A model generated the notes under the pieces. That model was not told the origin of the DNA and ran no database searches. It saw only the letters and a program-made list of their open reading frames with translations. 64,000 nt of DNA. It comes from Limisphaerales bacterium. GTDB lineage: Bacteria; Verrucomicrobiota; Verrucomicrobiia; Limisphaerales; SIBE01. Positions 1-9,924 of the stretch are shown in pieces. Position 1 is the stretch's first letter. Each line of letters begins with the position of its first letter. The translations under genes and the position numbers were made by a program. The DNA is taken from contig JBGAIN010000025.1 in assembly GCA_044225505.1 (NCBI GenBank), positions 1 to 64,000 of the forward strand, in the 5' to 3' direction.

Positions 1-811
1 CGTCGTGAGCATCTACAATTTCAGCAACGTTGATCAACGAGGCGCTTTGACTTTGAAGTTGCCGCCAGGTTGGACTTGCGACCTGCAGCCGTGTTCCGTT
101 CGTAAGCCTTCCAAACAACTGCCGGAGGACGCGCGTTTATCTCTCGCTGTTCGCTACCGGAAACGGGAAAAAGTAGGCAGCTTGGTGAGAAAGGATATCT
201 CACTTCGTATTGAAACTCCCAGCGCTGAATGGAAAAGCTGGGAGAGTCGAGTAATGATCGAAGGCACTTGGCGTGGGCCAGACTCCATCACCGATAGATT
301 CGTCATTTGGCTTGAACCGCAGCAAAACTCACGTTCGCCAAGCCAGGTTTTTGAGCCCGACGAGATACTGACGAAGCCAACACAACCTATGCTGTGGGAG
401 ATGGTGAGCTCTGGGTCTGGTTCGGCACGTCTTCGGTTGGCTCAACCAACTCCAGCCAGCGGTTTTGTGTCGCTGTTTTACTCTTTGCCGGAAGGCGTTA
501 GGCTGAATCCAAAGGACTACTTGTGTATAAATATTCGAGCCGCCGCTCGCCATGCTATTTCGAGTCGAGTTGAGCTGATCACGCGTGGTAAAGAAGTCTT
601 TGGCTATGGGGAAGATCAGGATGTAGCCAACGTGTGGACTTCCTTCAATTTTAGACTAGGGGACTTCGGTCGCCGACTTTGGTCTCACCTCGGTTCAGAT
701 TGGAGAATGCCATGGACCGAAATTCGATTCTTGCGGATAAGTTTCGAAGGCTTGGCTCAAGGGGATGAAATCGAGATCCGGAACTTTGGGCTCGCGACGG
801 GGCATCCATAA
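1..811 (+). CDS. 5'-truncated hypothetical protein with a probable C-terminal carbohydrate-binding (CBM11/CIA30-like) domain
   Basis: The frame is open from the window edge. The C-terminal beta-rich pattern (LCINIRA...VELIT...WTSFNFRLGDF...WTEIRFLRISF...IEIRNF) resembles galactose-binding-like jelly-roll domains. Confidence 0.5.
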   Translation, partial: VVSIYNFSNVDQRGALTLKLPPGWTCDLQPCSVRKPSKQLPEDARLSLAVRYRKREKVGSLVRKDISLRIETPSAEWKSWESRVMIEGTWRGPDSITDRFVIWLEPQQNSRSPSQVFEPDEILTKPTQPMLWEMVSSGSGSARLRLAQPTPASGFVSLFYSLPEGVRLNPKDYLCINIRAAARHAISSRVELITRGKEVFGYGEDQDVANVWTSFNFRLGDFGRRLWSHLGSDWRMPWTEIRFLRISFEGLAQGDEIEIRNFGLATGHP

Positions 812-854
812 TGGGACCTAGCCAGTTCGACCAGGAAGTACTAACGATCCGATC

Positions 855-2096
855 TCACTGCCTCATTAAGCGGAAAAACGCGGCGACCTCACTCAGGGAT
901 ACCTTCAAACTGCCTTCTTCCTCAGGAGAAAAGGGAACATCATGCCAGCCGGATGAGAGACTGTGCGACGTCTGCAGCCGCAATCCTGGCTCAGGTGTCC
1001 AAGATAGGACAATCGATCCGGCATCGAGTTTGATCGAGATGAGGAGATTGGAAGCCTTCTCCAGTTCATTGGCCAGTGGTTGGTTTACTGTTTGTGCCCA
1101 GGTTTGCCACGCCTGACTAAGAGCAAGCATCGGCGAAACGGTATCGATGGCCCAAATTAGGGCGGTATTGAGCATGTGATAGGAGGGGTCGAGGTAGGGG
1201 GGCGACCCCTGAACGATGTGTCGAAGGTCGTAGGCTGAGAAGCCCGCAACAGAATAGTAGGGCAGAACCAATGACAAGGTTTCGAGGAGTTTCTGCAGAG
1301 GACAGTCGACACTCGAGTCGTGTTCTCTCAGGTCATACAGTGCTAAGACTGCAAAACAGGCGTCATTAAGGGTGTAGGTATCAAGATGCCCTGGGTATTC
1401 TTGCACGATCGGAAGTCGTGATAGACTGGGATCAATTCCGGCCAACGAATCTAAGCAACCGCCAGAAGCGGTGTCTCTCAACATAAAGCTGGCCGCCCGT
1501 TTCGCTGCTTCCAGATACTTATCGTCCCCAAAGAGTTTGTAGGCGCGCAGCCAGGCGCTAATCGCCTGGGCCTGGGCTATTCCGCTCGTCCACCCGTTCG
1601 AGAGAGGCGGCGACCAACTTTTGAGGTCAAACTCCGCTCGCAGTGAACCGTCCGCCTGCTGAAAGTCCAGCAGTTTATCCGCATTGATTCGAAAGGCGCG
1701 CGCGAGCGGCCGATCATGGAGGTAGTCGCTGTAAAGCCAAAGTGCGTATTGTGCAATCGTCGTGGGCTGATAGACGAACGTGAGTCCTTCGTCGTAAGTT
1801 TGCACAATGACGCCACGGGCATCATTCGTTGTGTTGCCCCAACGCATTGGACTCCAAGCCGCTTCGGCCCAGTTCAGATAATCCCCGCCTGGGACGTACG
1901 GTCCGCTCAAGGTGAAGAGTCGCCAGTCCCAGCCTTCCACCGTATACTGAGCAAGTGCCTGGAGAACGGGCGCATTGTTAGCCGCAACGCTGCCCGTCGG
2001 CCAATGATCCAGTGTACTGTCGCCTAGATCGCATTCTGCTCCCGCAGAAACCGAATAAAGTACCCACATCGATAGGGACAGCGCTTTGATTAGCAT
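855..2096 (-). CDS. Secreted D-glucuronyl C5-epimerase (GLCE) family protein with a C-terminal F[YF]R domain
   Basis: Signal peptide. GLCE-like motifs WTSGIAQAQAISAWLRAY, DKYLEAA, QEYP..TLN, YDLRH and YH. The tail ends LQTSHSLSSGW...AFFRL. Confidence 0.8.
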   Translation of the reverse strand: MLIKALSLSMWVLYSVSAGAECDLGDSTLDHWPTGSVAANNAPVLQALAQYTVEGWDWRLFTLSGPYVPGGDYLNWAEAAWSPMRWGNTTNDARGVIVQTYDEGLTFVYQPTTIAQYALWLYSDYLHDRPLARAFRINADKLLDFQQADGSLRAEFDLKSWSPPLSNGWTSGIAQAQAISAWLRAYKLFGDDKYLEAAKRAASFMLRDTASGGCLDSLAGIDPSLSRLPIVQEYPGHLDTYTLNDACFAVLALYDLREHDSSVDCPLQKLLETLSLVLPYYSVAGFSAYDLRHIVQGSPPYLDPSYHMLNTALIWAIDTVSPMLALSQAWQTWAQTVNQPLANELEKASNLLISIKLDAGSIVLSWTPEPGLRLQTSHSLSSGWHDVPFSPEEEGSLKVSLSEVAAFFRLMRQ

Positions 2097-2312
2097 TCTT
2101 TGAATAAAAACGTCTTGCTGGGGATCGGTGGTCTGTCTCTCCCTAGGCAGTCTTCCCTAACTTGGACCAAACGACACCTGCACGAACTGAAAGTAGCCCG
2201 GGTCTTCTAGCCAATTCCCAGCGCCGTTCAGGCACGTTAAGTGCCTTTCCCGGAATGCGCTGATAGCGACTCTTGCTTGCCTAACACGTTTTGATTTGCT
2301 CTACTCATGTAA

Positions 2313-3830
2313 TTGCAGAACGTCAATCTGTCCAGTTCAGTTAGGTCGATAAGCGACGGGCCAGACCTGCCGCGGCCGGTCCCTCTGAGTGGGGTTCGTG
2401 ATCAGGATTCGCGTCGCGAACTAGTCAGTGCGGATTTTCTCCTGACCATTGCGTTGATTGGGGATGCCTTGATGGTTTTTGTCGGCCTGGTGTCGGCGTT
2501 CTGGATTCGATTTAAGTCGGGCTGGATCACTTTCGGTGTCGACGCTTATCAGCTTTATGATCTGGGCGACTATTTGAGCCTGATTTTAGTAGGCACAGTT
2601 TTTCTTCTCCTGGCTTTCGGATACTTGCGTTTGTATGACCGTCGTAATCTGTTAAGGCTTCGCCGCGTCGTGGCTATCACTTTTAGAGCGACAACGTTTT
2701 GGCTCTTTGCCTACGTGGGGGTCAGTCTTGCCCTAAAATTTCAACCGCCCATTTCACGGATATACGTTTTTCTTTCCTACGTTGGGACGCTCGGCGCATT
2801 GCTTGCCTGGCGATGGTGTTTTCATCGTTTGGTCGGTTGTGAGCGAATCGCGAGCAAGCTGCGCCAGCGGATGATCTTTGTGGGGTGGAACACTGAAGCT
2901 AAGCGCTTGACCGAAATGGTGGCGTCGGATCCAAGTCATCCCTACGAGATTGTAGGTTGCGTGCCTCCACCAGGCGGTATGTTCGAGAGTGATCCGCCCA
3001 AAACTGTGCCGCTGCTTGGGGAGTATTCCCAACTCGACAAGATCTTGAAGAAGCGTTTGACCGAAATCGTAATTCTCGCCGATCTTAACCCCGACATTGC
3101 TCAAATTGCCGGAATCGCCAATTCCTGCCAAAAGGAATTTGTTCAGTTTAAAGTCATCCCTTCATATTTCCAGATCCTCGTTTCAGCACTGCAGTTGGAA
3201 ACAATCAGCGGCGTTCCAATATTGGGGATTTCGGAGCTGCCACTGGACCGAGTCAGCAATCGGTTGCTCAAGCGCGCCGTAGACCTAATCGGTGGCTTCG
3301 TCGGTCTTTGCGCATCCATTCCAATAATGGCCTGGTGCGGTGCGCTCGTCTACTGGGAGTCGCCGGGGCCGATTTTCTTTGGCCAGGAACGAATCGGCCG
3401 CAATGGTCGCCGCTTTACGATGTTTAAGCTTCGGAGTATGAAGGTGGGAGCTGACCTTAGCGATCATGAGAACCAGTCCACCCGCCGCGAAGATCCCAGA
3501 CTGCTCAAAATAGGAAAATTTATGCGGCGCTGGAACTTGGATGAGGTGCCGCAGTTTTGGAATGTTCTCAAGGGCGATATGAGCTTGGTTGGACCTCGCC
3601 CCGAACGGACTTTCCATTCAATTGTGCTCAGTGACAAAATACCCCACTACAACGCCCGGTACGCGATAAATCCAGGCATTACTGGTTGGGCACAGATCAA
3701 TGGGCTCCGCGGGGACACCGACCTAGCGGAACGAGTAAGGTACGATCTGTTCTACTTGGAGAACTGGAGTATTCTACTTGACGCGCAAATCATGGTGCAG
3801 ACTTTCTTCAAACGAGACAACGCTTATTAG
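2313..3830 (+). CDS. Polyprenyl-phosphate sugar phosphotransferase (WcaJ/WbaP family priming glycosyltransferase)
   Basis: N-terminal TM helices. Motifs KRAVD, FKLRSM, DEVPQFWNVLKGDMSLVGPRP, PGITGWAQING, DLFYLENWS. Start position uncertain. Confidence 0.93.
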   Translation: MQNVNLSSSVRSISDGPDLPRPVPLSGVRDQDSRRELVSADFLLTIALIGDALMVFVGLVSAFWIRFKSGWITFGVDAYQLYDLGDYLSLILVGTVFLLLAFGYLRLYDRRNLLRLRRVVAITFRATTFWLFAYVGVSLALKFQPPISRIYVFLSYVGTLGALLAWRWCFHRLVGCERIASKLRQRMIFVGWNTEAKRLTEMVASDPSHPYEIVGCVPPPGGMFESDPPKTVPLLGEYSQLDKILKKRLTEIVILADLNPDIAQIAGIANSCQKEFVQFKVIPSYFQILVSALQLETISGVPILGISELPLDRVSNRLLKRAVDLIGGFVGLCASIPIMAWCGALVYWESPGPIFFGQERIGRNGRRFTMFKLRSMKVGADLSDHENQSTRREDPRLLKIGKFMRRWNLDEVPQFWNVLKGDMSLVGPRPERTFHSIVLSDKIPHYNARYAINPGITGWAQINGLRGDTDLAERVRYDLFYLENWSILLDAQIMVQTFFKRDNAY

Positions 3831-3871
3831 CTTGGCCCAAGTCGCGTGGCTTGCTGAGCGGGATCGAGGTC

Positions 3872-5095
3872 TCACCGCCCTCCCCGGATACCTTTCGAGA
3901 GAGTTTTGGAGAAGTGATCTTCGAACCGATCACACACTCGGCTGATCTCAAAGTTCTCATCCGCATATTTTCTCGCCTGGAGGCCGCACAATTCTCGGAA
4001 CTGTGAGTCGATAAATAGCTTTTCTGCGGAAGCCAAGAATTCTTCATCTCGCCCAGGTGAAACGCACAACCCGCTCCCAGCCGCCGCTATGATACGCGCT
4101 GCCAGGTTTTCGTTTGGGATAGACCCAAGAACCGGCCTCGCAGCGCAATGATAGGTCAACACCTTAGAAGGGACGGAGAATACCCCTGCATCTGGTTCGA
4201 GCACGGCGAGGAGGACGTCTGCGCTCGCTAGGACTTCTGACATCATGGAGAAATCCTGGAATGGCAGAAGTTCCAGGTTGTTAAGTTGGCCAGACTCTTT
4301 CTGCGCTTTCAGCCAATCTGCACCGGGCCCTTCAGAGACCACAACGACACGCACCGAGGGGTGGCTCCGAAAATTGGCGGCCAGTGCTGTGAGCAGTGCT
4401 GGGTTGTGCTTTAGCGCTAATGTTCCTGAGTAAAGGAAAGAAAATTCCTTATCGAGCCCCATTCGACGCGACCACGGATTGCTTTTTGGCATGACGGCAA
4501 TTTCATCTAGCGGAGCCCAGTTCGGAATCACTGTCGTGTTCGTGGTCGGCACTTTCAGGGCTCCAAGGATTGGAACAAAATCCGGGGTGATCGCTACGAT
4601 GCCATCGCTAAGGCATAGCATGCGCCTCTCTAGAAGGCGATACCATCGGCCGACAGCATACCCGAGAATCGGGATCCGTTTTCGGAGGAGCCGGTCGACC
4701 GCCAGACCGTAAAAGTCCTGAATCCACGTTACAAACCGGACTCCGCTTGTTCGACAAAATTTTGCCGCCGCCCATTGCGGTTCTGTGGGTGTGTTCCCGG
4801 AAATAACGAGTTCTGGCTTCACCTCCCTAATCAATTGGACTAATCTTTGCCCGTAATCCAATTCCATCCGCCTCCGCCGAGTGAAGTTATATTTGTTCGC
4901 TCGATATTCAGGATCCATTGATACTTCGCGAATCTCAAACAACCGGGGATCCTCTGCTTTCCGCTGCAATAATCCGCGTGGGGTGAGAAGGCCTCCCGCA
5001 AAAGCGTGCGTTACGTGGTGGGAACGACGTGCCAATTCGCGGCTCAGTTGAACCTGGAACGGGTGACCAACGTAATCGTGGACGAGAATCCTCAT
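3872..5095 (-). CDS. Glycosyltransferase family 4 (WcaI-like)
   Basis: Motifs WIQD, VIPNW, YSGTLALKH, ADVLL, SVPSKVLTY. Confidence 0.88.
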   Translation of the reverse strand: MRILVHDYVGHPFQVQLSRELARRSHHVTHAFAGGLLTPRGLLQRKAEDPRLFEIREVSMDPEYRANKYNFTRRRRMELDYGQRLVQLIREVKPELVISGNTPTEPQWAAAKFCRTSGVRFVTWIQDFYGLAVDRLLRKRIPILGYAVGRWYRLLERRMLCLSDGIVAITPDFVPILGALKVPTTNTTVIPNWAPLDEIAVMPKSNPWSRRMGLDKEFSFLYSGTLALKHNPALLTALAANFRSHPSVRVVVVSEGPGADWLKAQKESGQLNNLELLPFQDFSMMSEVLASADVLLAVLEPDAGVFSVPSKVLTYHCAARPVLGSIPNENLAARIIAAAGSGLCVSPGRDEEFLASAEKLFIDSQFRELCGLQARKYADENFEISRVCDRFEDHFSKTLSKGIRGGR

Positions 5096-5557
5096 GATCA
5101 GAGTCTCAGTAGAAATGAATACCGTGTGCCAGCGACTTTCACTTCTGATAGAACGGTTCCGTGCCTACGCCGATTTGACTCTTGGGCCGGAGTGAAACTT
5201 TGGTAAACCGGGTCAGCGCACCTCCTGCCGCCGTTGTATGTTTTCCCTATCAGTGGAGACCTAACGCTTGCGCCAATCCGCAGACAAAACAAAACCTCAG
5301 GCCACGCACAGCTTGACTTGGCGGAATGAACCGCGCTCTGCGGCGTATGGCCCGAGGCTTGGCCTCGTTGGTGATTTGCGGAGTGGATCCCGATGTGGGT
5401 AGATAGAGATTATCGTGACTGCAGAAGGTGTAAAACCGGAGAGCTCGGACCATAGACTTTAGAGCTGCTGCCTTCTGAAGTTGGAAGACTCTTCGAAGTC
5501 GATCTCTTAATGGATAAAGCCAAAACGCACGAGAGTTTCGCGTTCACCCAATCCAAG

Positions 5558-6538
5558 TCAAGGATTGGCCTTTAGCCACTGAACGGTTTCGCGCGTGGCC
5601 GACCGTAGATCATAGGGCAGAGGCCCGGTCAGCTCTCGAAGCCGGCTTCCATCAAACACAGCCGGACTGAGCATATTGTTGAGACGGTAAGACGTCAGAG
5701 GCACGGTTTTCCAACCGATAGCCTTAAGGATATCACCCACTCGAGCTGCCAGTCTCAGCGCACTCAAGGGCAATGTGGGATTCGGCTGGCGCCCGAACTC
5801 AAGCGCAATCGAATCCGCCCAATCGCGGAGTGACACTGGTTCATAGTCACCAATGTAATAGAGCTGGCGATCGACCTTCTCGCGCGGCGCGAGTAGCAGC
5901 CGCTCCATTTGGTAGACGGAGTTTTTGACGTAGCCAAACGTCTTCAAAGGATTCGCCCGTCCCAAATGAAAGTAAGTTCCGCGGCGGATCTGCTCAAAGA
6001 AATCTCGATAGGACGGGACCAGAAAGCCGGGTCCCCAAATTGCTGTTGGTCGAGTGATTACCCATTCCGGCCCAATTTCAGAACCTTTAACGATCTTTTC
6101 CGATTCTACCTTGCTTTGTCCGTAAAAGTTCGGAGGACAAAAATCATCGTCGGATTTTGGCATGTACTCGATCCGACAAACCAGCCGGCTGGATGTCATG
6201 ACCAACCGCCGAAGGCTCCGGCAAGCATTTGCTGCCGCGATGACGTTTTTCACGCCTTGCATGTTGGCAGCGTAGCCGTCCAGGGACTTACGTTCGAACG
6301 TGTCCGTGCGCGCTCCCAGATGCAATAAGAAATCGGGATTAAACCGCAAAAACAAGTTACGCAGCCCGATGCCATCGAGTAAGTCGCACCGAGAAAAAAC
6401 GGCCTCGTGCTCCTTTCTGCTCGGCGGAGCAATGTCGGTACTACAAACGACGTAGCCTCGGGACAAAAGGTAATCGATGGCGTTGGTGCCAATAAATCCG
6501 GAGCCACCTGTAACCAAGATGCGATTCAATGAGGACAT
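5558..6538 (-). CDS. NAD-dependent epimerase/dehydratase (extended SDR)
   Basis: TGGSGFIG and YGQSK (YxxxK). Confidence 0.9.
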   Translation of the reverse strand: MSSLNRILVTGGSGFIGTNAIDYLLSRGYVVCSTDIAPPSRKEHEAVFSRCDLLDGIGLRNLFLRFNPDFLLHLGARTDTFERKSLDGYAANMQGVKNVIAAANACRSLRRLVMTSSRLVCRIEYMPKSDDDFCPPNFYGQSKVESEKIVKGSEIGPEWVITRPTAIWGPGFLVPSYRDFFEQIRRGTYFHLGRANPLKTFGYVKNSVYQMERLLLAPREKVDRQLYYIGDYEPVSLRDWADSIALEFGRQPNPTLPLSALRLAARVGDILKAIGWKTVPLTSYRLNNMLSPAVFDGSRLRELTGPLPYDLRSATRETVQWLKANP

Positions 6539-6547
6539 GGAGAAAGG

Positions 6548-7744
6548 TTAGACGCGCATCATCGGGCGGGGTTTGTTGAGGGTCTGTGCGTAGGTGTTCA
6601 AGAGCAGTTCCGTTGACGACTCGGGTCGATATCGTGCCGCGACTAACGCCTTACCTTGATCGCCCATTCTGCGCAGATCGACCTCGTCGGAAAAGAGTCG
6701 TCGCAAACCCGCAAGAACTGATTCAGCTTCTGGTTGGCAAACGAGTCCGGCTCCAGCCGCCTCGATTTCACGGCTGATGTAAATCTCGTTAGAAATCAGC
6801 AAAGGCAAGCCCGCGTGCATCGCCTCAACCAAAACAATTCCAAAGTTCTCATTGAGAGAAGGCAGAGCGAAGACGTCAGCAGCGGCCATGGCGTCGAGCT
6901 TATCTTGACCTGCAATAAAGCCGACCTGGTGCGTGACATTCCGGATTTGATGTTCATCAATCCATGCTTGGACACGATTGGTGTAAGCGGCATCGCCTGT
7001 CCCTGCAAGGATGAACCGAACAGTCGGGTGTTCTCTATGCAGCTTTCCTAGCGCTGGGATAAGGAACTGGAGTCCCTTTTTGTAGTCCAGTCTGGACATA
7101 AAAAGTAAGACCCGTTCGTTCGCGGAGATTCCCAACCGCTTCCGAAACGCAGGGCCGTTGCCCGAAGAGTTCGGTAAACTGACTGGAAGAGGCATTACCA
7201 CGCGTCGAATTTGGGCGCCGTAAGTGACAAGTCGTTGTGCTTCGAGTTCTGCTGTCAGGACAGCTGCTTTGGCGCCAGCTAGCATCGGTCGAACAAAAAC
7301 AGGACCAACGAAGGCTTTCAAAAGCGAATGCTTCCGTAAGTCGAAAGGATCAAGTGAGCCGTGAGGTCGCACGAAATAGGGCTTGTTTGCCTGGCGACAG
7401 ATTTGGCTCGCCCGCCAGATGAAGGCTGAAAAGACCGTGTGAAGTTCGATCAAATCGAAATTACTCAAAACGGTTGGGAACCACTTCGCAAAATCCGCTG
7501 AATTGGCGTAGCGTTTAGGAAAGCTCCGGAGAAATCGGTGCGTGCGAAACTCGGGATATTCCGATTCCAGGTAATCCAGGTGGTCATCTGGCTCGAAGCT
7601 ACCTGCTACCTCGACTGCTTCTCCGGCGGTGGCCAAATACTTGCAGACACCCAGCGTGGCGTGCACCGCGCCGCCGAGCCTTGTGTCGAGTCGATAGACA
7701 ATGTGAAGAGTCTTGATGCCTGTCGGTTGGGGATTGAAGTTCAT
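6548..7744 (-). CDS. Glycosyltransferase family 4
   Basis: PHGSL, SRLDYKKG, PSLNENFGIVLVEAM. The ATG at 7744 overlaps the upstream stop codon (TGATG). Confidence 0.9.
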   Translation of the reverse strand: MNFNPQPTGIKTLHIVYRLDTRLGGAVHATLGVCKYLATAGEAVEVAGSFEPDDHLDYLESEYPEFRTHRFLRSFPKRYANSADFAKWFPTVLSNFDLIELHTVFSAFIWRASQICRQANKPYFVRPHGSLDPFDLRKHSLLKAFVGPVFVRPMLAGAKAAVLTAELEAQRLVTYGAQIRRVVMPLPVSLPNSSGNGPAFRKRLGISANERVLLFMSRLDYKKGLQFLIPALGKLHREHPTVRFILAGTGDAAYTNRVQAWIDEHQIRNVTHQVGFIAGQDKLDAMAAADVFALPSLNENFGIVLVEAMHAGLPLLISNEIYISREIEAAGAGLVCQPEAESVLAGLRRLFSDEVDLRRMGDQGKALVAARYRPESSTELLLNTYAQTLNKPRPMMRV

Positions 7745-8529
7745 CAAAAAGCACTCTTCGAACGGCTGTTTCGCGCTAGCATAAGGCACTGGCAAGGTTG
7801 GACACCGAGGACAGATAGTATCTTATCCCCAACTTGAAGTGCCCAATTGGGCAGCGGTGCCAAGACAGCATTAAGCAGTTTCGATAATGTTTTCAGGGGC
7901 AACGAATCTTTCCGTTGGCGGGCCATTGCGACGGGTTTCAGAATCTGATACAATCGATCGCAATCCTTTACATAGAGGATTTCTAGGCCACGCTGGGAGA
8001 CTAGCCGACGCAGTGCCTCGCTTGTGAACTGGTGAAAATGGTTGAGGTCCTCACCAGGTTGCTCGTTGATCGGGACTAGGATACAAAGAACCCCGTCAGG
8101 CTTCAACGCATAAACTAAATCATCAAGGACTGGCTCCGGATTTCCCGTATGTTCCAAGACATGAGAGGAAATCACGACGTCAAAACGAGACTTCCACTCC
8201 GACGCAAATGGCCTGTTTGGCTCAAAAACGCGGAGATCGACCTTCTTGAAGCCTCGATGCCTCGCTTCCTGAATGGCTGCTTCCACAGCGGCGGGTGAAA
8301 GTTCGAGGCCGGCAATTTCACAACTTCTTTTGAAGGTGAAAAGCATCGATCCCAGGCCAAACCCTTGGTCTAAGACGGTCAAGTTCTCTCGTTCTAGGAG
8401 GTCAAAGTCTTCCATTAAACTCCGAAACCGCTTTAGCTTTGTCTGGTTACTATAGGTCCATCGTCGACGCCGACGTTGGCTCCAGAATTGATCGTACTCG
8501 TTTCTATTCCTTAAGTAGTCCGCGTTCAT
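7744..8529 (-). CDS. Class I SAM-dependent methyltransferase
   Basis: VLDQGFGLG, FDVVISSHVLEH, LKPDG. Confidence 0.88.
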   Translation of the reverse strand: MNADYLRNRNEYDQFWSQRRRRRWTYSNQTKLKRFRSLMEDFDLLERENLTVLDQGFGLGSMLFTFKRSCEIAGLELSPAAVEAAIQEARHRGFKKVDLRVFEPNRPFASEWKSRFDVVISSHVLEHTGNPEPVLDDLVYALKPDGVLCILVPINEQPGEDLNHFHQFTSEALRRLVSQRGLEILYVKDCDRLYQILKPVAMARQRKDSLPLKTLSKLLNAVLAPLPNWALQVGDKILSVLGVQPCQCLMLARNSRSKSAF

Positions 8530-8565
8530 CTCGGGTGGAAAGTAGCTAAGCCGCGGATAGAGAAA

Positions 8566-9924
8566 TTATTTGGTCGAGGCGGACTGTCCCAATCGACTCC
8601 CAGGGGTGAACCGTCGAAACAGGCGCTTCTTAGCCATGAAATGGTAACTACAGACGATCACCATCGGGCCGATAAATCCTCCTTTCATGACAAAGTCGAA
8701 AAACGAGGTGGAGGTTAATGAAAGCAGAGATGGGAGACTGACAATCACGATCGGATAAAGAAGCGATGAGTCGAGTTTGAGCATCGCTCGGTCGATGGCC
8801 GTGGCTATGCCACAGAAAATCCCAGATATCGCGGCCACACCAAAGTAGCCAGCGGCGCTCCAGGCGACAGCCAACATTGCGGCATTCAAGGAAAACTGAT
8901 ATCCAGTAATCACTTCGGAAACGTCCTGGACGCCTGTGGACCCCTTGGTCGGATCGAAAAATATCGTGTCGAAAATACCAATTAACCCCCGAAACGGGAA
9001 CACCTCGGGAAACACAACGAACCAGGCCTGATTACTCGCGACTGGAATGATGAACATCCGATATACAGAGTGAACTAGGCTCTCAGTGACCGTCTCGCCC
9101 TCGGTGATCTGGTAAAAGACTGCCAGCATCAGAAAGAAGGTCGAAAATCCCAACACAATCATCTTTCCATCAATCATGCGAGAAATCATTGCCTTCAGCA
9201 ATGCGCCCCGGAAAAAGTGAACGTAGATGAGAACGTAGAGCAGTAACATCAACAGAACAGGGGCTTTTTGACGTAGCAAATAGGCAAATAGAAATGAGGC
9301 AACAAAGCAAATGCCTCCGATAAAAAATGCGGCGATTCTGGTCTTTTGGCTAACAATGGCGAAGAACGTAGCCAGTGGAAACAGGCAAAATGATGCGATC
9401 GTTGCCATTAACAAACCCTGACCTTTGGTGACAATGGCATCCAACTCTCCTCGGAACCGGTATGCTGCGTCAAAACTGTAATGGAAGTAGCTTGTGGTTA
9501 AAGCAAGGTTCAATCCTGGGCCAAAAAACATGAACTTTGCATATAAGGCAAACCCTATAAAAACGAGAATCAATGATAAACCAATAGATATATCCGATGA
9601 AAGCTCCAGGGTCAAAGCGGTTGATTGTGGGCGCTGACTTGAGTTCCTCAGGATTGGTAATGACGCGGCGATGATAAAAATCCAAGTCGAAATCGCCAGC
9701 GCTAAAAAGTCTTTGTCTGTTACCATCGTTTCATACATGGAACGCCAAATCAGTTGATTGAAAGCTGGAATGAATGCGAATGAAATTCCGATCCCGTTAG
9801 TAATGATATAAAGGGCAAGGTAGATGGGAAGCAGCATTGCTTTCCCGGAGCGGATGCCTCTAAGACTAACGAAAAGGCCTAGAATGCAGAACACCAAATT
9901 AACTACTGCTACGATTGGAATCAC
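8566..9924 (-). CDS. Polytopic membrane protein, probable Wzy-type polysaccharide polymerase
   Basis: About 10-11 hydrophobic segments, located among glycosyltransferases and flippases. The function is inferred from context. Confidence 0.6.
   Translation of the reverse strand: MIPIVAVVNLVFCILGLFVSLRGIRSGKAMLLPIYLALYIITNGIGISFAFIPAFNQLIWRSMYETMVTDKDFLALAISTWIFIIAASLPILRNSSQRPQSTALTLELSSDISIGLSLILVFIGFALYAKFMFFGPGLNLALTTSYFHYSFDAAYRFRGELDAIVTKGQGLLMATIASFCLFPLATFFAIVSQKTRIAAFFIGGICFVASFLFAYLLRQKAPVLLMLLLYVLIYVHFFRGALLKAMISRMIDGKMIVLGFSTFFLMLAVFYQITEGETVTESLVHSVYRMFIIPVASNQAWFVVFPEVFPFRGLIGIFDTIFFDPTKGSTGVQDVSEVITGYQFSLNAAMLAVAWSAAGYFGVAAISGIFCGIATAIDRAMLKLDSSLLYPIVIVSLPSLLSLTSTSFFDFVMKGGFIGPMVIVCSYHFMAKKRLFRRFTPGSRLGQSASTK

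Noticed and set aside
5098..5540. Short ORFs in the gap within the glycan locus
   Set aside because: No recognisable motifs or RBS, so a gene or remnant cannot be supported.
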